NCBI GenBank assembly: GCA_016871515.1
Contig: VHDE01000013.1
Location: forward strand, 518-64,517
DNA from: Verrucomicrobiota bacterium
GTDB taxonomy: Bacteria > Verrucomicrobiota > Verrucomicrobiia > Limisphaerales > SIBE01
Length of the DNA: 64,000 nucleotides
Direction of reading: 5' to 3'
Shown here: piece by piece, positions 17,426 to 26,076 of the stretch
How positions within the stretch are numbered: the first letter of the stretch is position 1
Layout of the letters: every line of letters starts with the position of its first letter
Made by a program: the position numbers and the translations under genes
Notes under the pieces: generated by a model
What the model was told of the DNA's origin: nothing
What the model saw: only the letters and a program-made list of their open reading frames with translations
Database searches by the model: none

Positions 17426-20377
17426 ATGATAAAATCACTCTTTACCCAAGTTAACAATTTATCGAAGGGCTCTGGCTGTAGTCCCTTTGCCACGAAGCTC
17501 CGCTCGCCTGGGGCGCCGATAGCCAGGGCTCGGTCCGCACATCGCTTATTGCTGTCCGGCGCGTGCGCGATTCTCGCCACTGCTTTCGCAAGCGAGACCT
17601 TGTTGGCGCAAGCGCCCCCGCCGTCCACTGTCACCAACGTTTTGGCGCCCATCACCTTGCCCTCACGGCCACCGTCGAAATTCCGCGATTTCAACGATGT
17701 GACCCGTGACACGATCAAGTACGACGGTTTCTTCACGCTCTATCGGACGAATGAAACGCTTTACGGCGAAATCAAACCGATGGTGTTGAATCAGCCGATC
17801 ATCGCTCCCATGGCCATCGCGCGTGGCATGGCGAGCGCGGGCCAGCCTCTGAACTTCGGTGACGAATGGATTTTGGTTTTCCGGCGGATTGATGACAAAG
17901 TTCAGCTTGTCCGGCGCAACATCCATTATCAGGCGCCGCGGGGCACTCCGCTCGACAAGGCGGTCCAACAGAATTACACCGATTCAGTCCTCCTGGCATT
18001 GCCAATTGTGACGATTAATCCGGCCACGCAGGGACTGTTGATTGACTTCAGCCAAATTTTCTTGACCGACTTTGCGGATCTTCGCATCGGCGGCCTCGAT
18101 CGCAACCGCTCGACTTGGCATAAGATCAAAGTCTTTCCGAACAACGTCGAACTCCAAGTCGAAGCCACTTTCAGCGGTCGCGGTCTGTTATTCGGCGGTG
18201 ACTCGGGCGTCGTCGATGCGCGGGGCATGACGTTGGTGATTCACTATAGCTTGGCCAGACTGCCGGACGCTGGCTACCGTCCACGTTTGGCGGATCAACG
18301 CGTTGGCTACTTCTTGAACGCGACAAAGGATTTTGCTTCGACCAATCCCGACACACAATTCGTGCGGCAGATTAATCGCTGGCGTCTGGAGAAAGCTGAT
18401 CCGAAAGCGAAATTGTCCCCTCCGACAAAGCAGATCGTCTGGTGGGTCGAAGATACTGTTCCGCAAGAGTACCGCCCATTCGTTGAGGACGGGATTCTGG
18501 AATGGAACAAGGCGTTCGAGAAAATCGGCTTCCGCAATGCCTTGGCGGTTCGCTGGCAAAACGAACGCGATGAGTTCGATCCTGAAGACATAAATTACTG
18601 CACGTTCCGATGGATTACGAGCGGTTCGACTTTTGCCATGTCGGCGCTGCGCTCGAATCCGTTGACCGGAGAAATGATTGACGGCGACGTGATCTTTGAC
18701 GCGAGCTGGATCCGCTATTGGAAGACAGAGTACGCGTTCATGGTTGGCACGCCGATCCCGACGGGTGAAGGACCGGTGGAGCCGATCGCTCTCGCGGAAG
18801 TCATCAGCCCGATCATGGCGGTGAAGGAAGGTTATGGACTGCCATTCCCACTGCCCCATCGCCAGTTCAGCGCGGGCCTGCCGATTCCAGGTGAAAAGCA
18901 GCAAGTTCCCCACGTATATCCAGCCGATTGGAGTCCGCTCCAGATGCACTTAAGCCGAAGGCTTGGCCCTGGCAAATTCGCGGCCTGCCAATGCGTCTCA
19001 GGCAAGAAACATGAATTCGCGATGGCCGCGATGGCCTTGGCCGCTGCTGGCAAAACTGATGCCGACGGCAAATTGCCCGAAGAATTTCTGGGTCAAGCCA
19101 TCAAAGAAGTGGTGATGCACGAGGTCGGCCATTCCCTGGGCCTGCGGCATAATTTCAAAGCCAGCAGCATGCTGAACCAGGACCAGATCAACGACACGAG
19201 CATCACTCGGGTCAAAGGCATGAGCGGAAGCGTGATGGATTACAACCCCATCAACATTGCTCCGAAAGGCCAGAAGCAAGGTGACTACGCTTCGACAACG
19301 ATTGGGCCTTACGACTATTGGGCTATCGAATACGCCTACAAACCAATCGACGGCGACGAGGCAGCGGAGTTGAAGAAAATCGCCGCGCGTTCGCCCGAAC
19401 CCGACCTGACGTTTGCGACCGATGAAGACATGTATGGCAGCGACGATCCGCAGGTGAACGCGTTCGATCTCGGTTCAGACCCGCTCCGTTACGGCCAGGA
19501 ACGCATGGAATTGGCTGCGGAATTGTTAAAGAACCTCGAAGACAAAGTGGTCCGTGACGGCGAATCGTGGGCCAGATTGCGGACGGCCTTTTCCGTTTTG
19601 CTCGGCGAATTCGGGAATGCCACCTATCTCGCTTCTGGATACATCGGCGGGCAAAGCTTCTCCCGTGACTTCAAAGGCACCGAGAAAGGCCGCGATCCGA
19701 TTGTTCCAGTTGCGGGCAGCAAACAACGTGAAGCGCTGAAGCTCGTGACCGAGAAGATACTGGGTGATGGCGCCTTCAAGTTCTCGCCTGCGCTGCTTCG
19801 GCGGTTGACTATCGAGCATTGGTATCACCGGGGCAGCGGTGGCTTTGGCGCCTCGATCAATTATCCGATCTACGATCGCATTCTGGCTCTCCAACGCATT
19901 GTCTTGAACCAATGCTTTAATGGAGCTGTCTTGTCGCGGATTCAAAATCAGCAACTCCAAGCAGAGGAAGGCGCCAACCCATTGCGCATCGAAGAAATCT
20001 TCCAAACCTTGACCGATGGCATTTGGTCGGAACTGGCGTCGGGATCAGATTCGAAGAAAGTTTCAGCCTCCACGATCCGTCGCAACCTCCAGCGCGAACA
20101 TCTGCGTCGTCTCGCCACGATCGTCTTGGGCAATCGCCGGAGCCCGTACGAAGACATGTACGGCTACATCATTATCATTGGCGGTGGCGGCGGTTCAGTC
20201 CCGGCGGATGCTCGGAGCTTGGCTCGACTGCATCTGGGCAATATCACCAGCCACATCGATAAGAAACTGAGCATGCCCGACGTCGAGGTTGATGACACAA
20301 CCCGCGCGCATCTCAGCGAGTGCCGCCAGCGCATTGCCAAGGTTTTGGAGTCGAGCTATACGGCGAACGAGCCGTAA
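17426..20377 (+). CDS. zinc-dependent metalloprotease (DUF5117/DUF4953-type), secreted
   Basis: 983 aa. HEXXH motif in VVMHEVGHSLGLRHNFKASS followed by GSVMDY. The large N-terminal beta-rich region is typical of this family. The true start may lie downstream of 17426. Confidence 0.8.
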   Translation: MIKSLFTQVNNLSKGSGCSPFATKLRSPGAPIARARSAHRLLLSGACAILATAFASETLLAQAPPPSTVTNVLAPITLPSRPPSKFRDFNDVTRDTIKYDGFFTLYRTNETLYGEIKPMVLNQPIIAPMAIARGMASAGQPLNFGDEWILVFRRIDDKVQLVRRNIHYQAPRGTPLDKAVQQNYTDSVLLALPIVTINPATQGLLIDFSQIFLTDFADLRIGGLDRNRSTWHKIKVFPNNVELQVEATFSGRGLLFGGDSGVVDARGMTLVIHYSLARLPDAGYRPRLADQRVGYFLNATKDFASTNPDTQFVRQINRWRLEKADPKAKLSPPTKQIVWWVEDTVPQEYRPFVEDGILEWNKAFEKIGFRNALAVRWQNERDEFDPEDINYCTFRWITSGSTFAMSALRSNPLTGEMIDGDVIFDASWIRYWKTEYAFMVGTPIPTGEGPVEPIALAEVISPIMAVKEGYGLPFPLPHRQFSAGLPIPGEKQQVPHVYPADWSPLQMHLSRRLGPGKFAACQCVSGKKHEFAMAAMALAAAGKTDADGKLPEEFLGQAIKEVVMHEVGHSLGLRHNFKASSMLNQDQINDTSITRVKGMSGSVMDYNPINIAPKGQKQGDYASTTIGPYDYWAIEYAYKPIDGDEAAELKKIAARSPEPDLTFATDEDMYGSDDPQVNAFDLGSDPLRYGQERMELAAELLKNLEDKVVRDGESWARLRTAFSVLLGEFGNATYLASGYIGGQSFSRDFKGTEKGRDPIVPVAGSKQREALKLVTEKILGDGAFKFSPALLRRLTIEHWYHRGSGGFGASINYPIYDRILALQRIVLNQCFNGAVLSRIQNQQLQAEEGANPLRIEEIFQTLTDGIWSELASGSDSKKVSASTIRRNLQREHLRRLATIVLGNRRSPYEDMYGYIIIIGGGGGSVPADARSLARLHLGNITSHIDKKLSMPDVEVDDTTRAHLSECRQRIAKVLESSYTANEP

Positions 20378-20735
20378 TTCAACTGGATCAAGCAAACTTC
20401 ACGGCCGCCAACGGACAATCCGCCGGCGGCCTTTTGCTGCCTGGACGGTGCGATAAAACTGTCGGTCAAGGAGCGCAGCGTTTCACGCCGCAGAAAGTGA
20501 TATTGCCGGACGGCTCGAAGCTCTGCGGACCGTTTCGATTCTTCGAAGATTTCGTCCCTTTGTGCTCCATTGTCAGATGTCCGCAAGTTTAACATCAGTC
20601 ATCCAGAGTTCATACTGGCAGGCAAAGGGGTTGTCGCAGTCTTGCGTGATGATGATCTAGTTGAAACCATTGATGCGCTCCATGTGGTTTCAGTCGAAGA
20701 AGCATCGAGTAAATCTTGAGGTTCGACGACAGACT

Positions 20736-22310
20736 CTAACTCCAATAGCGGTAATTAACTTCCGGGAAAATATTATCCTGCCATTCGAGTCTTCTAAGCC
20801 AGGCTTCGTCTGCGCGATTTTCAAGAATCCGGTCTCGCAGAGCATTAAAGCGCAGCAAGTGATCCGTAATACGTTTGCGCGCGTATTCGGGGCTCGTATC
20901 GGTGCGCAAAATAAATGGCCAATCGCTGGCTTGAGCTAGCAACAACTCACGCGCGGCTTGTTTTAGTGCTCGTTCCAACAATCCACTCGCTTGAGGGAAA
21001 CGTCGAGCCAGTTCCGCCATTCGCTCTTGAGCCACATGCAAGTGGGGATAAATCCATGCGTTCGTTTCATTCAACCAAACCTTCCAATAGCCTTCTTCGC
21101 CCCAACTCGATGGAGCCGGTTGGGCGGCTTGGTGCGTCGAATGTTGCCGCAGATATTCTTCAGGGGTGATCATGGCAAACGCTTTTTGATCGTAGAACGC
21201 CTTGCGGAAAAGAAAGTCCAGAAACTCAGGGCCTTCGTACCACCAATGTCCGAACAACTCGGCATCGTACGGGCACATTACGATCGGCGCACGTTCCATA
21301 ATGCCCGCCAGCCGTTCAATCTGCTTCATTCGGGCATCGAGGAAGTGCCCAGCGTGGTCCGCCGCCGCCTGGAGCGCGGCCGCGCGATGGTAGGTTTTTT
21401 TCTCAACGTTATCGCCCGTGATAGCGTTATATTTGATGCCCGTGAAGCTTCGGCAGGGTGGGGCCGGCAGATGTGGTTTGAGATAATCGTAATCGAGGTC
21501 GAATCCGATATCGCGGTAAAAGTCGCGATAGCGGCCGTCACCCGGATATCCTTCGTGTTTGCTCCAGACCTGCTTGGCCGAATCGATGTCGCGGCCAAAG
21601 GCGGCGATTCCGTTCGGAGTGAACACGGGCGTGAACACGCCGTAGCGCGGCCGGGGATGCGCTTGAAGAAGACCGTGAGTTTCGAGGACGAACCACCGAA
21701 TATTCGCCTCCTGCAAGGCTGAATCAACCGCCGGAGCATAGCCGCATTCCGGAAGCCAGATGCCGCGCGGGTCGCATTTAAAACAACTGCGATAATGATC
21801 GCGCGCGACGAGAACCTGCGCGCGCAATGAAGCTGGATCGTCTTCCAATAAGGGCAGGAGCGCGTGCGTTGCTGCCGTGGTAATGATTTCGAGCCTGTTT
21901 AGGTCCTGAAAGGCGGCGAAGGCTTCGACCAAATTCCGATCGTGCCGGAGGTAGGTGTCCCGAATCTTCTTGAATCGCTCCAAGTAATCGTCAGCCAACG
22001 GCCTTAAGCCCGCCTCCCAGTAAGTGCGATGCGTCTCTTTTTCGGCGAGTTCAATCAACCCATTCAAGTAACGCATGTAACGTTCTTGCAACAAGGGATC
22101 GAGCAGCATCGAGCAGAGCGTCGGTGATAAAGTCAGCGTGAGCCGGGCATCCATCCCGTCCCGCAGCCAGCCTTCCATCACTTGCAGCAAGGGAATGTAA
22201 GTTTCGGTGATCGCCTCATAGAGCCAATTCTCTTCGAGGAAATTGTCATGCTCCGGATGGCGGACGTAAGGCAGATGAGCATGGAGAACCAGAGAACAGT
22301 AGCCTTGCAT
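20736..22310 (-). CDS. GH57-family 1,4-alpha-glucan branching enzyme (DUF1957-containing)
   Basis: 524 aa. The N-terminus MQGYCSLVLHAHLPYVRHPEHDNFLEENWLYEAITETYIPLL is the characteristic GH57 branching-enzyme start. Later blocks: WLPECGY and FGHWWYEGPEFL. Confidence 0.85.
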   Translation of the reverse strand: MQGYCSLVLHAHLPYVRHPEHDNFLEENWLYEAITETYIPLLQVMEGWLRDGMDARLTLTLSPTLCSMLLDPLLQERYMRYLNGLIELAEKETHRTYWEAGLRPLADDYLERFKKIRDTYLRHDRNLVEAFAAFQDLNRLEIITTAATHALLPLLEDDPASLRAQVLVARDHYRSCFKCDPRGIWLPECGYAPAVDSALQEANIRWFVLETHGLLQAHPRPRYGVFTPVFTPNGIAAFGRDIDSAKQVWSKHEGYPGDGRYRDFYRDIGFDLDYDYLKPHLPAPPCRSFTGIKYNAITGDNVEKKTYHRAAALQAAADHAGHFLDARMKQIERLAGIMERAPIVMCPYDAELFGHWWYEGPEFLDFLFRKAFYDQKAFAMITPEEYLRQHSTHQAAQPAPSSWGEEGYWKVWLNETNAWIYPHLHVAQERMAELARRFPQASGLLERALKQAARELLLAQASDWPFILRTDTSPEYARKRITDHLLRFNALRDRILENRADEAWLRRLEWQDNIFPEVNYRYWS

Positions 22311-22384
22311 GAGTGGGCGTGATGAAAGCTAAAAGGGTTGCGCAAAGCAAGCCGCTCTTTAAAAAACGACGCATCCAAAGGTTC

Positions 22385-22547
22385 GTAGCGGCGGGCATCC
22401 TGCCTGCCTGCCGTAAAGCCGTGGCATCCTGCCCGGCGGATGACGCGTGCGATTTCAAAGCGCAACGGCCGGGTTGCACGCGCTGTTCCGGGCGGCAAGA
22501 TGCGCGCCCTCTACGGCAGGCCGGAGGCCCGCCGCTGCCGCCGCTAC
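22385..22547. repeat. REPIN-like inverted repeat ('gtagcggcgggc...cctgccgta' family)
   Basis: The left arm gtagcggcgggcatcctgcctgcctgccgtaa matches the reverse complement of the right arm ctacggcaggccggaggcccgccgctgccgccgctac. It lies in the divergent intergenic region between the GH57 gene and the TPR gene. Confidence 0.45.
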
Positions 22548-22577
22548 TAAAGGGTTGAAACAAGCTCGAATTCTCTT

Positions 22578-23429
22578 ATGTTCTGCCAACGCATGAACCG
22601 AGGTGAAAAACGACGCGCGAAGCGAAATTCATCCGGGGCTGTCTGGTCGCTGGCGGCTGTCGGCGCGTTGGTTCTGGTTGCGCTCGGCGTCATTTCCACG
22701 ACCAAGAATCGATCGGGCCAATCTAGTGACTCGCCACGAGTTTCGGACGCGGCAAATCCTTTCGCGGGAAACTCGGGTTCGACAAATCTGAGCTCGGCGA
22801 CTTCGACGAACGAATTCGGCCATCGCGAGGATGAGGAAGGCGGAAGTGACGCCGAGAAGGCTGTCGCTCTGCTCACGACCGGAAATGAATTCCTGGCAGA
22901 TGGCAGGTTCGAGGAAGCCATTCGACATTACAAACACTCGCTCATTCATGATCCAGCCGCTGAGGATACGCATTACAACCTCGGCATTGCTTTGGGACGG
23001 GCAGGGAAAACGGACGAAGCGATCGAACATTATCAAGAAGCGCTGAGGATTCTGCCTGATTACGCGGACGCGCATAACAACCTCGGAAATCTCCTGGTGA
23101 AACAAGGCAAGTTCGACCAAGCCATCGAGCACCTTAAACAATCGATCGAACTGAATCCGGAGTCGGCTTCCAATCACAATAACCTCGGCACAGCATTGGC
23201 CCGCCAAGGGAAGATCACGGAAGCTACGGTGCATTTTGCCAAAGCCGTGCAACTGATGCCCAACTATTTGGATGCCCACTACAACCTCGGCAATGCTTAC
23301 GTTTCTCAGGGCAGGATCGAGGAGGCGATCGCTGAGTTTAACGAAGCGCTGAAAATCCAACCCGACTTTAATCCCGCAATGATTGCCCTGGCAAAGGCAC
23401 GCCAAAAAGCAGCCGAGCTGCGCAAATAG
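22578..23429 (+). CDS. TPR repeat protein (membrane-anchored/secreted)
   Basis: 283 aa with an N-terminal hydrophobic anchor. Then about 6 canonical 34-aa TPRs (A..HYNLG.AL...G..DEAIEHYQEALRI.PDYA.AHNNLGN...). Confidence 0.8.
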   Translation: MFCQRMNRGEKRRAKRNSSGAVWSLAAVGALVLVALGVISTTKNRSGQSSDSPRVSDAANPFAGNSGSTNLSSATSTNEFGHREDEEGGSDAEKAVALLTTGNEFLADGRFEEAIRHYKHSLIHDPAAEDTHYNLGIALGRAGKTDEAIEHYQEALRILPDYADAHNNLGNLLVKQGKFDQAIEHLKQSIELNPESASNHNNLGTALARQGKITEATVHFAKAVQLMPNYLDAHYNLGNAYVSQGRIEEAIAEFNEALKIQPDFNPAMIALAKARQKAAELRK

Positions 23430-23485
23430 GCGCGGCCCACGTGCGTCAGGGCAATGGCATTCAACGAACCACGAACTTTCACTTT

Positions 23486-23611
23486 CCATGAACCTCCTGG
23501 TATGTAGTCCCGCCTTTAGGCGGCAGCATTCGCTGGGAGCGAAACGGGCTTTGCGGATTGCAATTGCACCGGCTGAAGCCGGGACTACGTGCCCCAACAG
23601 TCGGTTCATGG
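23486..23611. repeat. MITE/REP-like element bounded by CCATGAACC...GGTTCATGG (126 bp)
   Basis: Same 9-bp termini as the other copies. Its reverse complement aligns along its full length with the copy at 2974-3099. Confidence 0.75.
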
Positions 23612-23650
23612 TTCCAATGCATGAGATTGAACTATGAAAAACAATCGCAG

Positions 23651-25900
23651 ATGAAATGCTACGCGAACATCTGCTGGTTCTGCCTTTGGTTGGTGTTGTT
23701 GGTTCGCTTCGTCCTGGCGGATTCGCCTGCCCACTATACCGGTTCCGGCACGCGCAAAATGTCGGAGCGTCTGCAGGAGATCGCTCGGCAGGGTGATCCC
23801 ATGGAGAACCGATTTAGAAACGCGGAGCGAGCTGACATCTTGCGTTTGCGATTACCCAAGGCCACCAATGCTCAGGAAAGGTTTGAAATCCAAAGCAGCT
23901 TATGCACGGAGCTCTTGAATGCAGGCCGAAGCGAAGAATGTTTGGTCGAGCTGGAGAGACTCGAGCAGGTTCTTAAAGAAGGACAAGTATTCGACCTCAA
24001 CAAACAATTATTGCGAGTCTCGCAAGCCATCGCCTGGCTGCGCATTGGCGAGCAAGAAAATTGCCTAACCAACCATAATGTCGAGTCGTGCCTTCTGCCC
24101 ATTCAAGGAGGCGGCATTCATAAGGCCCAGCGTGGTTCCCGCGGTGCCATGGGAATCCTAACCAATTTCCTCGCTGAGGTCCCTGACGACCTGACCTCTC
24201 GCTGGTTGCTCAACATTGCTTATATGACCACCGGTGAGTACCCGGACAAAGTTCCATCGCGGTGGCTTATTCCACCGCCGGCTTTTGCGTCGGACTATGA
24301 CATCAAGCGCTTTCCTGACGTGTCGGCGGGCTTAGGCTTGGATTTTGATGGCTTGGCGGGCGGGGTCATTATGGATGATTTTGACGGGGATGGTTATCTC
24401 GATTTGGTTAATTCAGCTTGGGGCGCTTTGGATCAGCTTCGTTACAGGCATAACAATCGCGACGGCACCTTCACCGAACGAACCAAGGAAGCAGGATTGA
24501 TCGGGGTGTTCGGTGGGCTCAACCTGATTCAAGCCGACTACAATAACGACGGCCATCTTGATTTTTTTATCTTGCGCGGCGCGTGGTCTGGCGCAGCGGG
24601 GCGCGTGCCGGACTCGCTCATTCGCAATAACGGGAATGGGACGTTCGACGATGTGACTGAAGAAGCAGGACTGCTTGCGTTCCATCCGTCGCAAACGGCG
24701 ACATGGTTTGATTACAACAACGACGGCTGGATTGATCTTTATATTGGGAACGAGTCGCAAGGCCGCGAAATACATCGATGCCAGCTTTTCCGGAATAACG
24801 GGAATGGAACGTTCACCGAGTGCGCTGCTCAGGCAGGGGTGGCTGTGATCGCTTTCGTGAAAGGCGTGACCAGCGGCGATTACAATAATGACGGACGCCC
24901 TGACCTCTATGTTTCTTCGCTCGCGAAACCGAACATGCTTTTCCGGAACGATGGGCCGCGCGCCGATCCCAGCAACCCGCACGGATGGAAATTCACTGAA
25001 GTGGCACGAATGGCCAAGGTCCAGGAGCCGATGCATAGTTTTCCGACCTGGTTTTGGGATTACGATAACGATGGCTGGCTCGACATTTTTGTGAGCGGCT
25101 ACAACATCGATCACGTTGGCGATATCGCGGCGGATTATTTGGGACTTCCTTCCGGGAGCGAGCGGGCTCGGCTTTACCGGAACAATCGCAATGGAACGTT
25201 CTCTGATGTAACACAGGCGGCGAAGCTTTACAAAGTCCTGCTCACGATGGGTTCCAACTTCGGCGACCTGGACAATGACGGGTTTCCCGACATGTATCTC
25301 GGCACTGGCAATCCGGACCTTGTCACCATTGTTCCCAATCGCATGTTTCGGAACGCGGAAGGCCGCTTCTTTCAGGATGTCACAACCTCCGGCGGTTTCG
25401 GTCATCTGCAGAAAGGCCATGGGATTGCGTTTGGCGACATCGACAATGACGGTGATCAAGATATCTACGAAGATATGGGAGGTGCTTTCACGGGCGACGT
25501 CTATCGCAACGTTTTTTTTGAGAATCCCGGACATGGCAATCACTGGATAAGCGTGAAACTGGAAGGCAGGAAATCCAATCGTTCCGCCATCGGCGCGCGA
25601 ATTAAGATTACCGCCATTACTGCGCAAGGCGAGCGCACCGTTTACAAGACTGTGAACTCAGGCGGCAGCTTCGGAGCGTCGCCTCTGCGACAAGCGGTTG
25701 GTCTGGGCCAAGCTAAAGCAATCAAATCGATTGAAATTTACTGGCCAACGAGCGGAACGACTCAGGTATTTAACAATGTTGAGATGGATCAATTCTTCTC
25801 CATTCGCGAAGGCGGCTCCGAGATGGCTCGGACAGAATTAAAGACCTTCAAATTAAGCCGCGGCCATGGTGGCCACACACATCACCACCATCACAAGTAG
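23651..25900 (+). CDS. CRTAC1-family protein (TPR-like N-terminus, FG-GAP/VCBS repeats, ASPIC/UnbV C-terminal domain), secreted
   Basis: ORF 23558..25900. The ATG at 23651 gives the signal peptide MKCYANICWFCLWLVLLVRFVLA, and upstream codons are translated repeat. Repeated DFDGDGYLDL / DYNNDG.D / DYDNDGWLD / DLDNDGFPD motifs. ASPIC block NHWISVKLEGRKSNRSAIGARI...NSGGSFGASP. Ends in HGGHTHHHHHK. Confidence 0.8.
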   Translation: MKCYANICWFCLWLVLLVRFVLADSPAHYTGSGTRKMSERLQEIARQGDPMENRFRNAERADILRLRLPKATNAQERFEIQSSLCTELLNAGRSEECLVELERLEQVLKEGQVFDLNKQLLRVSQAIAWLRIGEQENCLTNHNVESCLLPIQGGGIHKAQRGSRGAMGILTNFLAEVPDDLTSRWLLNIAYMTTGEYPDKVPSRWLIPPPAFASDYDIKRFPDVSAGLGLDFDGLAGGVIMDDFDGDGYLDLVNSAWGALDQLRYRHNNRDGTFTERTKEAGLIGVFGGLNLIQADYNNDGHLDFFILRGAWSGAAGRVPDSLIRNNGNGTFDDVTEEAGLLAFHPSQTATWFDYNNDGWIDLYIGNESQGREIHRCQLFRNNGNGTFTECAAQAGVAVIAFVKGVTSGDYNNDGRPDLYVSSLAKPNMLFRNDGPRADPSNPHGWKFTEVARMAKVQEPMHSFPTWFWDYDNDGWLDIFVSGYNIDHVGDIAADYLGLPSGSERARLYRNNRNGTFSDVTQAAKLYKVLLTMGSNFGDLDNDGFPDMYLGTGNPDLVTIVPNRMFRNAEGRFFQDVTTSGGFGHLQKGHGIAFGDIDNDGDQDIYEDMGGAFTGDVYRNVFFENPGHGNHWISVKLEGRKSNRSAIGARIKITAITAQGERTVYKTVNSGGSFGASPLRQAVGLGQAKAIKSIEIYWPTSGTTQVFNNVEMDQFFSIREGGSEMARTELKTFKLSRGHGGHTHHHHHK

Positions 25901-25941
25901 GACAGACATTTCTGTTGGTTTGCGACCTGGTGTCCGACGTG

Positions 25942-26050
25942 AGGAGCGGAGCGTTCACGCTGCAGAAACTTCGAATTGGGCCGCAGCGTTCTCAAGATTT
26001 CGGAACGTTTGAACATGCGAACGTTTCTGCAGCGTAAACGCTGCGCTCCT
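25942..26050. repeat. REPIN ('aggagcgcagcgtttacgctgcag' family)
   Basis: The left arm aggagcggagcgttcacgctgcagaaac matches the reverse complement of the right arm gtttctgcagcgtaaacgctgcgctcct with 2 mismatches in 28. It lies between two convergent CRTAC1-like genes. Confidence 0.65.
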
Positions 26051-26076
26051 GCAACGGTTCGCCGTGCCAAACTGGG

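Noticed and set aside
20377-20736. 360-bp gap between the metalloprotease and GH57 genes, inspected for tRNA/ncRNA or small genes (ORFs 20320-20592 and 20356-20595).
   Set aside because: It holds only a weak palindrome (ggccgcc...ggcggcc tttt) and a degenerate REP (aaggagcgcagcgtttcacgccgcag). There is no cloverleaf-like structure, and the small ORFs lack any motif.
23558-23650. Upstream extensions of ORF-track genes: 23558 for the CRTAC1-like gene, 29971 for the methyltransferase, 37163 for the cyclophilin, 38427 for the toroid-repeat lipoprotein and 15082 for DUF1080.
   Set aside because: The extra N-terminal codons run through repeat elements. In-frame internal starts yield canonical signal peptides or lipoboxes, so I used the shorter models.
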